Assembly (NCBI GenBank): GCA_001179505.1
Contig: CDMY01000359.1
Location: 1 to 64,000, forward strand
Length of the DNA: 64,000 bases
Reading direction: 5' to 3'
Source: Vitrella brassicaformis CCMP3155
Lineage: Eukaryota; Protista; Chromerida
The notes beneath the pieces are model-generated. The model did not search any database, was not told where the DNA came from, and worked only from the letters and a program-made list of their open reading frames with translations. The translations under genes and the position numbers were made by a program. Shown one piece after another: positions 37,364 to 50,019 of this stretch (the first letter of the stretch is position 1; each line of letters begins with the position of its first letter).

Positions 37364-38925
37364 TCACCAGGCTGCCCCATCCCATCTATCACCGCTCCGG
37401 CTGTGGGTGAGGGTGGGGCTGCCGTCTGAGCCGGTCATGTCGATGCCGACTCGCTGGCACTCGGCCGCGATGGCACGATACACCAACTCACACAGCCCCA
37501 GATTACGACGACCCGAACCCGCCGAAACCGACCAACACGGCAGACGCACCGCCCCGCCTATTATGTGCATCTGGCCCGTCCGCGCAAACCGCCGCTTGAC
37601 ACACTCGACATGGTGCGCCAGTTTCTCGTTGATGCGACGGCTCAGTGTGGCCTCGCCGATGGGGATGATGGGCGGCACCTGCCGCTGGTGGTAGCTCACG
37701 ATCCGCCGGGTGATCTCTTTGGGTAGGGGATGGGTGGGGTCGTGGGTCGGCCATTCGCCCGTCTTGGTGAGCCGGTTCAGCCGCGCCTGAGGTGGGTCGA
37801 TGGCCTCGATGGCGTCGTCAACGGCCCGAAGGACGAGGCGGGGAAGACGCTCCAGCAGATACACCCTATACACACGCAGCAGACGGCGGGCCCACGATGG
37901 CTGGCTTGGCTGGGTGGCGGATGATGTGGCAGTGCGTCTGGACGCTGCCTTGGGCGGGTCGCGAGGGGGCGGGGGCAAGTCGGGCAACGCCGCCCAACTT
38001 TCAAGCAGGGCGAGCAGCGTCTCCTCGGTGGCAGCAGGGTTCTGGGCGGCGAGCTCTAGGGCCGTGTTGGGGCGCCCCACCGGCTCCTTGACCATCTCAG
38101 CCGCCCGGTGCTGCAGCAGGAAGCCAACTGTGGCATTGGGATGCGGGGCTTCACATGCAAGCTGCAGCAGGGTCCGCCCCCCGTTGTCGCGTGCCATGGT
38201 GCATGAGGCGATGCCGCTAGTGATGCCGCCGTAGTGGACGAGGTGGTTGAGGGTCTGTCGCTGCAGCAGGCCGTCGTCCAGTGGATGGATGCAGAACCAC
38301 TGCAGCGGCGTCCTGCCGCTGTGGATGTCCAACTCCCTCGCCAATGACCGGGCGACAGCCAGCCGCCGCTGCGTGACGTCCTGCTGCTGCTGCTGGGGAT
38401 CCACGCAATGTGGCAGCAGCCGGTCGACCAGCCTTGCCTTGGCGGCCGGGTCAGCCATGCACTTGGCGACCTCTCGCAACAGCTGGATGCCCCTGACGAC
38501 GGGGTGCCGCTGCTGGAGAAGAGCCTCTGCAATGTCGAGCCGGACTCTCTTGATCGCCAGCTTGATCGGCCAGCCGCCGTCCACGTCTGTACCAGCCTGG
38601 ATGAGGGCTTCCACGACCTGCCGGGCGAGAGTGTCGTCCTCTATCTGGATGATGGCGAGTTCGATCAGGGTGCGTCGGGTGCCGCCCACGTGCACTGTCG
38701 CCATGACGTCGCACGACGAAGCACTGATGAGGTCGGGGAGGGTGGCAGGTGCGATGGTGCCGTTGACGATGCTGGTGGCGAGTTCCTTGGTCGGCTCGCT
38801 GGTGTCGGCATCGAATTCGAGCGCACCCAAGCTGTTGACCGGCCCTGCGGCCAGCCGAGGCGCTGATGGCGGGGGCAGCCGGCCAACAAACCCGCCGACA
38901 CCTCGGATCTTCGTCCTCCCAGCTG
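37364..38925 (-). CDS. Ankyrin-repeat protein
   Basis: 586-codon open frame with degenerate ankyrin motifs (VEALIQAGTDVDGGWPIKLAIK, SGRTPLQWFC, GGRTLLQLAC, PNTALELAAQN). Upstream exons not resolved. Confidence 0.75.
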
Positions 38926-39550
38926 CATGCATGCCTACACCCACGTGCAAAGACATGCGCGAATGCATGCGTGTGTGTCCATCGTCATTCCGGTTGGGTG
39001 AGTGTGTGTACCTTGCTTTGTGTGGTGTCTGGGTGGCGGGAGTGATGGTATCGGCGGCCTGAAGACGCCCTTGCGCGGGACAGCCGAGAGTCTGGTCTCG
39101 CCACCTGCATGCAGAGAAAACCACATGGATGGACGTGAATGCATAACTGTGTCAAAGCTGGTATGTACCTTCCTGGGCGTGGTGCTTGGGGGACTTCGAG
39201 CCGCCCCTGCGCAAGACGGTATGCCCACGGGGAGGTGGCGACGGGGCCGAGGGTGCAGACTGGTCATCTGCACGCAGGAACAGACGGGTGCTCGTGACAT
39301 TTCTTGCACGCATTTCTCGCTTACCATCGCCGTAGAAAGGTGCATCCTCCTCGCTTGAGCGAGACGCAGCAGCAGCAGCAGCAGCAGCCTGAATGGACAC
39401 ACACACATGGTTCTCTTGCGTGAGTGGACTCGTCCTTCGTTTGTTGTCTGTCCATCTGACTGACCTGCAGCTGCAGCTGAGCCGCAACTTGCACTGATCG
39501 ACATGTACGTACGACACACAAAGGACACCAAACCATTGATGGACGCGCTC

Positions 39551-40560
39551 TCACCTCGTTTTCCCCTCCCCCCTTCCCATGCGTACCTGTGGTGTCCAGC
39601 AGAGCATCCACGTTGAAGTTGTTGGCGCCTCTCGCGCCAGACCAAGAGCTACAGGGAACCTGTCCGCCCCCACCCCCACCACCGCCCTCTCCGCCGACAA
39701 CAGCCTCATCATTGCCCGCCGCCATCCCTTCAGCGGCCTCGCCTCCAAATACACTGCTGGCGTCAGATCTCCCTCTCCTTGTGTGCCGGTGTGGCCGGCC
39801 AGCACGATGAGGCGCGTCGTGTCGGGACCACGGGAGGCGTGTGAATCGATGACGAGTGTGTTGGGGATCTGGTTGGGTGTGGCAGTGAGGAGGGCCTGGT
39901 ATGTCGGGGGCAGAAGGGAGGCGGTCACGGGGGCAGACGCGACTTCCTTGAATGCGAGTGTGTCGTCGGCTGTGGGGTGGGTCAGGATCCTTATGGCGGC
40001 GTACTGGGAGAAGGTCGGGTACATGCACTTGGCACCGATGTCCTCCACCACCTGCAGCACACACAGATGACCACACAGATAAGTTAAGTGCGCCCATTCA
40101 TGGACTGACGTGTGTTCCCCTCTTTGCTCACGGGGTCGGCGCTAGAGTAGTGCCTGCGATAGCGGTCGTCCACCCCTCGCTCCATGCTCCCCACCACACG
40201 GAAGCGCCGATCCCCCATGCTAAACTCTGCCGCCCCGCCGCCGCGCCGCGCGATGCTGATGCCCAACCCGAGAGCGCTGCCGAAGGCCGCAAACTGGGCG
40301 ATGGCCTGGGGCATCCCGCACCGAGTGACGTCTGCCGCACTGGGGAAGTGCTTCTGGATAGAAGCCGGACAGATGGCCAGCTCGTGGCGGCAAAGCTGCC
40401 TCCTGGTAGCCAGCTCGAGGGGCTGCTCCCACCTGTCCCAGTTCCTCATCTCCTCCTTGAGCTGCGTCACCGTCTGCGTGTACGTGCCCAGCGAGAGGCC
40501 CCTTGGCATCCTTGTCGGGTCGGTCTCAGCATAGAGCAGCCGGGGCACGAGCTCAGTCCA
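39551..40560 (-). CDS. Lineage-expanded family member C (at least two exons)
   Basis: QLKEEMRNWDRWEQPL, PQAIAQFAAFG (compare PHAIEQFAAFG in member A), MYPTFSQYA, TRLIVLAG. Confidence 0.65.
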
Positions 40561-41029
40561 TCGCCGTCTTGGGAGCTGCTTCTTGCACCCGACATCTCAA
40601 TATGCTCTCTCAGCAGTGGACCGGCAGACGAATCGATGAGGCCGACAGAGTGAATGGGTCTCGGCACGTCGAAAGAAGCCGCGGCGCACTACCACAGCCG
40701 GCCATTGCATGTGCTGTGCTCGCAGCTCCAGACGGGCTTGTGGTGGAACGAAGGCGGGGCGCGATGAATCACTTATCAGCTAAGCCGACACGCGTCAGTC
40801 AGGCGACGAGCATTGCGTTATCTAAGAGGCAAGGAACGAAGAAGGAATGTGCCTCTCTGCAGCAGCAGGGTTTCATGGAGCACCCTAAGCGGCCTGGGAG
40901 TTGCGATTCAGTTGGCTTACAGATTACACGTAAGGAAGCAAGCAGGCATGCACGTTCCATCAGCCCCAAAGCACTGAATGCTCTCCTGTTGTCACTCACT
41001 CGACGTCCTTTCCTCACCTCAGGTAGCTC

Positions 41030-42334
41030 ATGGCGTTCCGGGCTCCCACTCGCCAGCGCCCGAACCCCCGGCCAGTGCCCTCCCTCTGGAGCATCGCACT
41101 CAACAAAGCCGCCACCATGGCCATGGCCGGCGAGGGCAGCAGCAGACGTGAGGCCCTCCTCGCGCAGCTCAGCAGACAGCCCATGACGGAGATCCCAGCT
41201 GGCGTGACTCTGCCGGTGGCCCTCGAGCAGCATAAGGAGCAGATCATGACTCGGGAGGGCCTCCATGGCGTGCTGTCGTTCGCCACAGGCAATGACCTGG
41301 AGGCGGCCATCAAGACGGTGTACGTGCTGGAGAAGGGCGGGGCGTGGCGGGAGTGGGTGGGGCCTCTCCATCTCGCCAAGCACCACGGGTGGGTGGATGC
41401 CCTGCCCATCCAGCTGGCGGCCGACGACCTGCAGCACATCGGAAGCAAGGCCACATTCGCCAGGCGGCCTGAGAGGGTGCGCCAGTACACCCTGTTTAGC
41501 CATCGATTGCGCAAGGGGGGCGAGGATCTGAGTTTCGAGGAGATGGAGGAGATGGGCACGTGGGGGTACCATGAGGGGCGGTCGGATGGCTGCTACTTCC
41601 CGTATGTCGCCAAGGACCCGCCGTGTGACGATAGCGACAGTGAGCCAAACACGATGAACCACAGATAGTTTCAGACATTCATAGCCCCCATGTTGTCCAT
41701 TTGCTTTGTGTGTGCAGACTTGTCTGGTGACAATGGGACATTTGCTACCTTTAGAGGTGCCGTCCTCTTCAGGTACAGACACACATACGCAACAGGGAGA
41801 ACAGAGGAGGTCATTCATCAATCGCATTTTCCTCCGTTGCCTGTTTCCAGCATCCAGTGCGGTGAGACGCTGCGGGGCGTTGAGAGACTCGCAAGCGACG
41901 ACATCTCCAAGGACCGCCAGCCGCGCCGCTACGCTCGCGCCGCGGCCATCCTGAATGACCGATCATCCACTCGCCTGACCACCAAATGGAGCGAGGAAGA
42001 CCCCGAGACGGGCAGCCCCACCTTCGGCAGCCGCATCACTCTGTATGGCGACAAGGCGGGCGACGAGTACGCCCTCTACTTGGCCATCGAGCTCAAGGAG
42101 GAGTTCCCCGAGTTCGTGATGGATGACGACGACGACGACGACGACGGCCCTGCGGAGAAGGCCGTGGTGGAGCTGCTGACCACGGCCAGGGGCAGCCAGC
42201 AGGAGGCTGCCGTGGCCAAGGCGAGGGAGCTGCTGGGCGAGGACGACGTGCGGCTGCTGTTTGGTAGCATCTCGTACCAGGCACTGGTGGCACAGAGGGC
42301 AGCGGACAATGAGCCGCTGCCGCCGCTCGTCTGA
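41030..42334 (+). CDS. Lineage-expanded family member D (multi-exon)
   Basis: TVYVLEKGGAWREWVGPL, GTFATFRGAVLF, SRITLYGDKAGDEYALYL (compare RYIVLAGDKAEDTYAAVL in member A). Confidence 0.68.
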
Positions 42335-42899
42335 TGTGCTGCTGAACGGGGCTAGTGGATGAGTGCTAGTGGGTATCTGTTGCCTGCATCTGTACATATA
42401 CTGTCTTGTGTTCGTTGAGTGGAGGGGAAGCCACGAGGTGACTCAGCTCGGTTGCTGATGATTGTAGTAATGATTGTGTGTGGGTGGTGTGCCAGCGATG
42501 GCGTGGTTGTCCGTCGTGCTGATGTATGCTGCAGCCGTCTTCGCGGCCGCAACATGTATCTATCACATGGGTGGCAACCACGCTAACGTCGGCTGGAGCC
42601 TGCACACGTGCCGAACCGACAAGAATGAAGTGTCTAGTAGTGAGTAATCTCTTGCGCATGCTGGACCGAGCTATTCCATTCATATCTGATGATGTATGTC
42701 ATGTCTTCATCTTGTACGGAAAGCGACAGATGAGCTCAGGTAATCTGTCGCGGTGCATGTGCACCACAGCAGTGCACATGCAGATGTTCATACGGATGGA
42801 TGGATGGATGGATGGGTGTGTTGGTATCTTGTCCCACCATCCTGCCCTTGTGCACAGGGTAGCACAGGGTAGCACAGGGCGCTGACAAATCCTGGCAGA

Positions 42900-43960
42900 T
42901 CTGCGCTATCTTAGCTCGCAAGGGGAAAAGGGGGAAAGAAGCGAACGGACTTTTGAGGCGTACCAGTGAGCACTTTGACGATGGCCCCCTCCATTGCTGA
43001 TGAGAATCCGTCGTTTGCTGTGAGCACCTTCCGAACGACCGTGGGCGACTTGGGGAGGGGCTGGAAGGTACGTATATGAGCATCGAAACGAATAGGGAGC
43101 AACTCTGAGTCAAAGGTCATCCCCTTGGGTGTGGCAATGCCGCTCTTTCTGTTTTCTTGCTCAGGCGACTAGTGGTGTTCGCATTGACCAGACAGAGATA
43201 CCGAAAATGGCAGATGTGATGGGCAGGAAGATGTAAGACGACGCACTTGGCAAGCACTTGGGGCACGAACAACGGCATATATTGACTTCTGCGCATCCAA
43301 CTATGCGTGTTTGTGCAGTTTGGTCAAGGCCCCACTGAGGCCGCAGATAGACACGAGCGCGTTTCCCTATCTGGAGAGCAACGAGAGAAAGGACAAAGAG
43401 AACCAGGCGGACAGGGTCAGCAGGTACGCCATGGGGGCGATGACTCATCCAACATTGCTGTGTGATGTCTATTCAGCGCTCACACGATCCCCCGCAAGTT
43501 TCGCTGCACTGCGGACAAAATCGAATATCCAGAGGACAGCAGGAAGGTGCGCGGACCGAGCAGCAACTGGCCAACCGCCTCGTCCATGACGATCGTCGCC
43601 CTTTGTCTTGCAGGGTGCGTCCAACCCTTTGTATGCCACTGCATCGCGTGACTACGGGTAAGAGAGATACAGGAGATAAGATCGATGAGCATGACAGCCA
43701 GATATGTGTGGATGTGAACGTCACTTGACAGAAAGGAGAAGCCCAAGCAGCACCAGCTGCCAGGTGACATGTGAGAGACAGAGACATGGAATCCCCTCTC
43801 TGTCTCGATTCCTGTATTGATCGATCAGAGCGTTACTTTCCCAAGTCAAATGCATTCACAAAGGGGTTCCCTGTGGGCGCCACACGGATGGCTGGCCTCA
43901 AGACGGCCGCGACGCGCAGCAATGTCCACAGCGCACTTGACAGATTCTACTAATCATAGA
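42900..43960 (-). CDS. Possible small multi-exon hypothetical gene
   Basis: Coding-like segments (ALWTLLRVAAVLRPAIRVAPTGNPFVNAFDLG; FDSELLPIRFDAHIRTFQPLPK) with GT-AG flanks. No motif recognised. Confidence 0.28.
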
Positions 43961-44228
43961 AAAAGACGAACTACCTGCTTTTGCGGACAGTATATCGATG
44001 CTCTTTCCTGCACGCACTGAATGGACATGACACTCGATCTGTCATTCATGAAAGACGTGTGGCAATCTGCACGTCAGGCGCCTCGGTTCTATGTGTGCGG
44101 CACGCTGCACAGAGCGTATGCATGTATGTATGTATGTATGTACGCGTACGTATGAGTGACTGTATTACGCGATCGATATCCGCTGATCGATCGCTTGTCT
44201 GAGTCACAAAGAGTTGTCGTCAATCACA

Positions 44229-45030
44229 ATGTCTGATCGGTCGATTGCGAAACGTGCGGGTGAGATCGGAGAGGCTTACCCCGCACTGGATCGGCACCTT
44301 ACAGGCCACGTGAATCTGCTTGCAAGGTACACATACTCACACACACTAAGCTCTCACTCATTGGATGGTTGTCTGTCTGTCTGTCTGTCTGCTGTCTCTT
44401 CTGATGGCTCGTCTCGCCAGACGTCAGTCTGCCCTTGCAGCTCCGGGTAACAAGGCCATGCAGACATTCACCTGACAATTGTGACTGTCTGTCTGTCTGT
44501 CTGTGTCTTGCTTCCTGCTTGTCTGCATGTACTTGTTGGCCGTCTTGGCGTCGCCTATCCGTTCATCGATCCATTCTTCGACGATGCAGTAAGGAAACCT
44601 CAAGAACCAAAGACAGATGACACACCTACTTGTGCTGTGTCATCTACGTCTTCTTTGTGCACACAAACGCAGGCCCGCCGTCCGTCGAAGGGACGAGATC
44701 GCATGGTCACTGAGCACACACTGCTCCCTCATGTGTGAATGTGTGTTGTGGTTCTCGTCTGACTCAGGCGCTGGAGAAGTGGCTCAAGGAACGCGGCCTG
44801 GAGAAACTGACAAACGCACTCCTTAGCAACAACGTTCGCTCTCTCGCGGTATTTACACGATTCTCTCTCACCCCCTCTCACCCTCTCTCTCTCTGCGTGT
44901 GTGTGTGTGATGTGTGCAGCGGTTGAAGAGGGTTACTCACTACGACAATATCGATGAGCTGCGCAACCTGACTGGCCTGACCTGTAGGCTTGATGGATAC
45001 ATGTACGTGCAGACAGACAGAGAGACATAC
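44229..45030 (+). CDS. SAM-like domain gene, tandem copy 1
   Basis: Exons from 44768: ALEKWLKERGLEKLTNALLSNNVRSLA / RLKRVTHYDNIDELRNLTG fit the SAM pattern WLxxxGLxx(Y)xxxLxxxxVxxxxxL. The upstream short exons are tentative. Confidence 0.5.
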
Positions 45031-45559
45031 ACATCTATGTGTGTGCATGGGTGCAGTGGTGGAGAAGGCAACGCTGGTTGGGCTGCACCACGCCATCCCC
45101 ACATGATACACACACTCATGACACACGAACACCGCATGAATGGAGCAGGGAAAGTGAGTGTGCTGGATGTCTGGATGAGGAAAGTGAGTGGATGCTCTCA
45201 CACAGAGATAGACAGAGAGAGAGGGGGACACAGAAGCGATGAGTGGACTGAGTGGTGAGAGAGGGTGCATGGCTGATCAAATGACTGACTGGATGCATGG
45301 ATGCTCACTGGCCGTGTCTCTTTTGTTTTGGAATGGCCACGTGCGTCTGGATGTACCGATGATGCACGCACGCTGCACCAGACCCTACACGCACGCTGCA
45401 CAGAACGCACGTGGGGAGGCCTTGTGATCGATTGAAGATCCGGAGGGGAACTTTCATTGACGATTTCTTTGACCGAAGACATGTTGGGGCCGGCCAAAGC
45501 TGGCAAGATGGGGACGAGATGCCCAGCCGTTCGTCGCTGATCGATTGTTGTGAATCACA

Positions 45560-46380
45560 ATGTCTCGTCGATTAATCGCGATGGCTCGTGGTCAGCTCCC
45601 GGAGTTTCTCGAGAGGAATATCGACGCACTGGATCGGCCCGCGCGGTACACACACGCACACACACTAAGCTCTCACTCAGTGGCTGGTTGTCTGTCTGTC
45701 TGTCTGTCTCGTGTCGCTGTCTCTTCTGATGGCTCGTCTCGGCAGACAGTCTGCCCCTGCAGTTCCGGGTAACAAGGCCATGCAGACATTCACCTGGCAC
45801 TTGCGACTGTCTGTCTGTGCCTTGCCTGCTTGATCGCATAATATGCATATGTGCTGCTCGTCTTGGCGTCGCCCATCCATGGATCCATCCATTCCATTCT
45901 TCGATCCATCGACGATGCAGTAAGGAGACGTCAAGAACCAAACACAGATGACACACCTACTTGTGCTGTGTCATCTGCGTCTTCTTTGTGCACACAAACG
46001 CAGGCCCGCCGACCGTCGAAGGGACGAGATCGCCTGGTCACTGAGCACACACTGCTCACTCACGTGTGAATGTGTGTTGTGTTTCTTGTCTGATTCAGGC
46101 GCTGGAGAAGTGGCTCAAGGGACGCGGCCTGGAGCACCTCGCCCACTCCCTCAAGGCCCGCGGCGTGGCGTCACTGGCCGTGGGCAAACTATCATACCAT
46201 CATAATAATCTTACATTACCTCTCTCTCTCTCTCTGTGTGTGTGTGCGTGAGATATGTGCAGGAGCTCAAGGAGGTGACTCGCAACCCTGATAAGCTGCG
46301 AAGCCTAACCCGCGGCGATCGCGATACCCGCCTGAGCCGTAGGCTTGATGGATACATGAACGTGCAGACAGAGAGACATA
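45560..46380 (+). CDS. SAM-like domain gene, tandem copy 2
   Basis: Direct paralogue of 44229-45030, introns included. From 46099: ALEKWLKGRGLEHLAHSLKARGVASLA / ELKEVTRNPDKLRSL. Confidence 0.5.
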
Positions 46381-47399
46381 CACAGATGTGTGTGCATGGG
46401 TGCAGTGGAGGAGATAGCAACGCTGGCTGGGCTGCATTGCGCCATCCCCGAATGATAGACACAGACTGAAGTGAAGGAGGGCCGGAGTGAGACTGTGTGG
46501 ACTGACTGGCTGACTGGATTGTTTCAGTGTGTCTGAGGTGCATGTGGATGGACGAATACCCTGACACACTGATGGTGGACTCGTCTCCACCGCTGCGACA
46601 CTGATGGTGACTCCAGCTGTTGCATGATGAACTCACTCGAATACGGTCGTGTTGGCTGGCTGGCACATGGGACAAGACAGATACTAAGTGTGGCACTAAG
46701 ACGCACACAGTCTTGGCTGTGTTGCAGTGTGCGTCTGTGCGGTGTTCCTTCATATGTGGCTGTTTGCATGGGCGACCGAGTCTCATGTCCTCAACCAACG
46801 ACTGCAAACCACACACAGAAAGGACAGCATTGATTGGATGCAGTCACACACTTTTGCAATTCTGTTCTCTGCCTTTGTCCGTTGTCTCACGAGGCCTGCT
46901 GTGAGATTTCTGTCCCGAGTCGAACATACTCCTCGATGAACGTCAAGACATGATTGATGCCAAGTACTCGTGTCTCTGTCGCACCCACCCCAAAGTCGAT
47001 GAGCCTATACGGTTTGCACCAAGAAACAACACAATAATACAAAATGCAGACAGCAATCTGCTGAACTACACACATTCCGCCTTCGATCAACATGTCTCTC
47101 CCTCTCCCGAGCCGATGTCGCCATTATATAAGCGGTACTTGTGGCTTGATCCTCCCCGTCTCTTCTGGCTTCCTTCCTTTGCTCTCAACTTCCTTTTTTC
47201 TGGCGGGGCTGAAGGTGGCCAGCCGCTGGCCCACGAAGGCCGGCCGACAAATCATCCATGAGGCTGGTCAAATTATCTTCTTCACTCGTCTCTGCTTGTC
47301 ACTGGCGGTCGTGAGACGAAGTGTAGTGTGGGCTTGGGGGTGGGGTGGGGTTGGGTGTGGCGAGAAAAGACGTGGCCAAGGGTTGGAAGGGCTGGTGGT

Positions 47400-48150
47400 G
47401 AGGGAGAGGGTAGAGGAAATTGGGGCTGAGAGCTTAAAGCTGGACCGTTATGGCTCGTCGTTCGCTTTCCCTGAGCACACACATGACACAGTTGTGAAGA
47501 GAATGGCCCTGTAGATCTCGTCATCGAACACACCGGAGCTCCTTTTAGGGCTTGAAGCTGGGAGGCGGCCCAAATGTTCCGTCCAGGGGGCGGCGCGCAA
47601 CACCCACAAGGAACGGCTTCGGGGCAGGTGGCCGTCCTCCTGGAAGGAGTGTCTTCCTTGAGGGGATGAGCTTCTTGGCTGAGAGAGACACAGAAGCAGA
47701 CAGTGAAGTATGATGACAGACACACGGCTTGTCTTCCGTTGTATCGTCTCAGCGCACCTCTTGTTTGCTCCGGCACCGACGGCAGCTTGCGCTTGGGCTT
47801 GGGCTTGGGCTTGGGTGTTGTCGCCCTCTCTCGCAGTCGCTCCTGGAACGTCTTTGACTTGTTTTTGAACTGAGAAGCCAACCAGGCCACCATTAGAAAG
47901 TTGAGAGCTTCCAATCGAATGGCGCATTGTGGTGCAGCCGACCTGCTGCCTGAGCCGCTGGCGCCGTTGGTTTGTTTCCGCAATATCCCTCCACGCCCGC
48001 TGGAAGGGCGTCTCCTCGCTGGCCCCCTCCTCTCCCTCGTCTGCCGTGTCCTGCGCCGCCGTCTCCTCGACAACCTCCTCCTCGCCCTCGGCTGCTGTGT
48101 CGTCAGAAGGCAGGCACTCAGTAGGTTGTCTAGTTGGTTCTTGAGTATTC
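47400..48150 (-). CDS. Family X copy 4
   Basis: SDDTAAEGEEEVVEETAAQDTADEGEEGASEETPFQRAWRD...; FKNKSKTFQERLRE...LPSVPEQTR. The third exon is diverged or frameshifted. Confidence 0.5.
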
Positions 48151-48289
48151 ACTTCTTTTTTGACTGCCGGCTGACGAGGACAGTCGGAAAAAGATAATAT
48201 GCTGGCGGCAGAAAGCTGCAGTACCTTCTGCTTGGAGAATGCAAGTGTTCGGGGCCGTCCTTCTGTCCGCAGGTTTCTCGGCTCGACAG

Positions 48290-48620
48290 CGTCAGAGGGC
48301 CCTCGTCTGCCGTCTCCTCGGCAACCCCCTCCTCTTCCTCGTCTGCCGTCTCCTGCACGGCCATCTCCTCGGCAAGCTCGGCAGCCGTGTCCTCCGCCGC
48401 CGTCTCCCCGACCACCCCCTCCTGTCCCTCGGCTGCCGCCTCGACGATCTCCTCCTCTCCCTCGGCTGCGGTGTCGTCAGAGGGCTGCTTGGGCATGATC
48501 TCTTCGTCCACGTCGAATGCGTCGCGCAAGTTGAGGGCCGCCGAGTCGCTCATCAAGCTCCCTGTTTTTCTCGGTGAGCGCCGCCCTTTGAGACGCAACC
48601 AAAGTTGCATGCATTGATCT
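48290..48620 (-). pseudogene. Family X acidic exon only (copy 5)
   Basis: SDSAALNLRDAFDVDEEIMPKQPSDDTAAEGEEE... without the following X exons. Confidence 0.45.
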
Positions 48621-48722
48621 GAAATGGAAAGGGCCTGTTGGTCCGAAGACACGACGGCACACGGAAAGCACCCAGACAGAGAGGTGTGGCGTGGCGGGCT
48701 AATGGATCATTGTAGGTGTCCC

Positions 48723-49968
48723 CTACCGCGAGTGATCGAATGCTAGTGCATTGCAGAGATGCTCCAGGCCGCGTGTCTTGAGGAAGTTGCTCAGTGCCTG
48801 AATCAGACAGGACACGCCTGTGTGTGTAGTGTGTGAGCAGTGTCTCTGTGTGTATTTCTGTGCAGGTGAGAGACACTGCGTACCAGTCGAGCCTGCTGTG
48901 CCGGTGCCGCATGCTTTTGGGCAGAAGGGACACACACAAAGGAGGGATCACACAGAGCCAAAGTGGGACTGTGTGGCGGTTGGTGTCTCCTTGCTGCACC
49001 ATGGATGGATGGATGGATGGACAGATGACGCGAACGACCAGCACACCCAAAGAAGCAAGGCACAGACAGACAGACATGCACACTTGGCCAAGTGAGGGTC
49101 TGCATTCCTTTCTTACCTTGTGTGTGTGTGTGTGTGTGTGTCTTGTCTTACCACCAGCGGGACGGATCGCGCAATCTTCATTTGGGAAGAGACGCCCAGA
49201 TATAAAATGTAGGCGGCGATGCTGATCGGAGGTCTTCGGCCTGGTTGAATGTCGATTACAAGCAGCACCCATCCCAGGGACGTCAGCCCCCTGCCACCAC
49301 ACAGCGCCCTTCCCTTCGCCCACCGCTTCACCAGCAAGGCTGAGAAAGAGAGCAAGCCGTGAATTGTCACACTGTCTTTTGTGAACGTTAGTGACCGGTG
49401 TCTCCGCTTACCCAGCTTCCTGATAATTGGAGAAGACTCCATATATGCGAGGAGGAGCTTGGCCTTGTGGCTCCCCAGGCCGTTGTTAAAGGCCACATCA
49501 GCCTTCCCCCTTCCTTGGCTCTGACCAGACACACACCAGACACAAACCATCATCTGAACATCTTCTGTTCCATGATTCTGTCATTTTGGTACCTTTGACA
49601 GATGGCAGTGCACTGTCGGCCAACGCGCCCCATTTCGGGCATGGATGGACATGTCGGCCCCATACTGTTGACATGCACGCAGCGCACATGTCTCTTTGTT
49701 CTTTCTTTCCTTTTTTCGTTCGTCCTTGGCCTTCACTCACCCGATGCTTCAGGTCATCCCCCAGCTTCTCGCAGGCCAGCATCCCGACATCCTGATGCCC
49801 CTGCCTGGCCGAGCCCTCTCTAAGCAGCTGGTCGGCCTTGTCGGCCGGGATGGCAGCCGACAAGTCGACGTCGCTCTCCCATAAAGCCAGCTTGTAAGCA
49901 GCTGAGCCGAAGAGAACGGCGTCGGTGCCAAAGACCCGGTGCACGGCCTTTCGGAGCCGCCGCGCCAT
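48723..49968 (-). CDS. Cid1/TUTase-like (non-canonical poly(A)/poly(U) polymerase family) nucleotidyltransferase followed by a truncated SAM-like exon
   Basis: Four in-phase GT-AG exons (49968-49741, 49664-49593, 49520-49412, 49339-) give MARRLRKAVHRVFGTDAVLFGSAAYKLALWESDVDL...GARWPTVHCHL...ADVAFNNGLGSHKAKLLLAYM...LALLVKRWAKGRALCGGRGLTSLGWVLL. This parallels S. pombe Cid1 as I recall it (FGSLESGLALKNSDMDL; DIGFNN; LLVKHWAK; LSSYGYVLM). SAM-like exon ALSNFLKTRGLEHLCNAL at 48797-48723; its linkage is inferred. Confidence 0.8.
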
Positions 49969-50019
49969 GGGCTCTGGTGGGTTGTTGATCGTGGAACGAG
50001 GCAGAGGACAATAAGTGCT

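Noticed and set aside
46950-47030. YRLIDFGVGA, resembling a kinase DFG motif (similar LIDTGVGA near 29070)
   Set aside because: No HRD, VAIK or glycine-loop motifs nearby. The related sequence at 29 kb lies in an intron of the opposite-strand gene.
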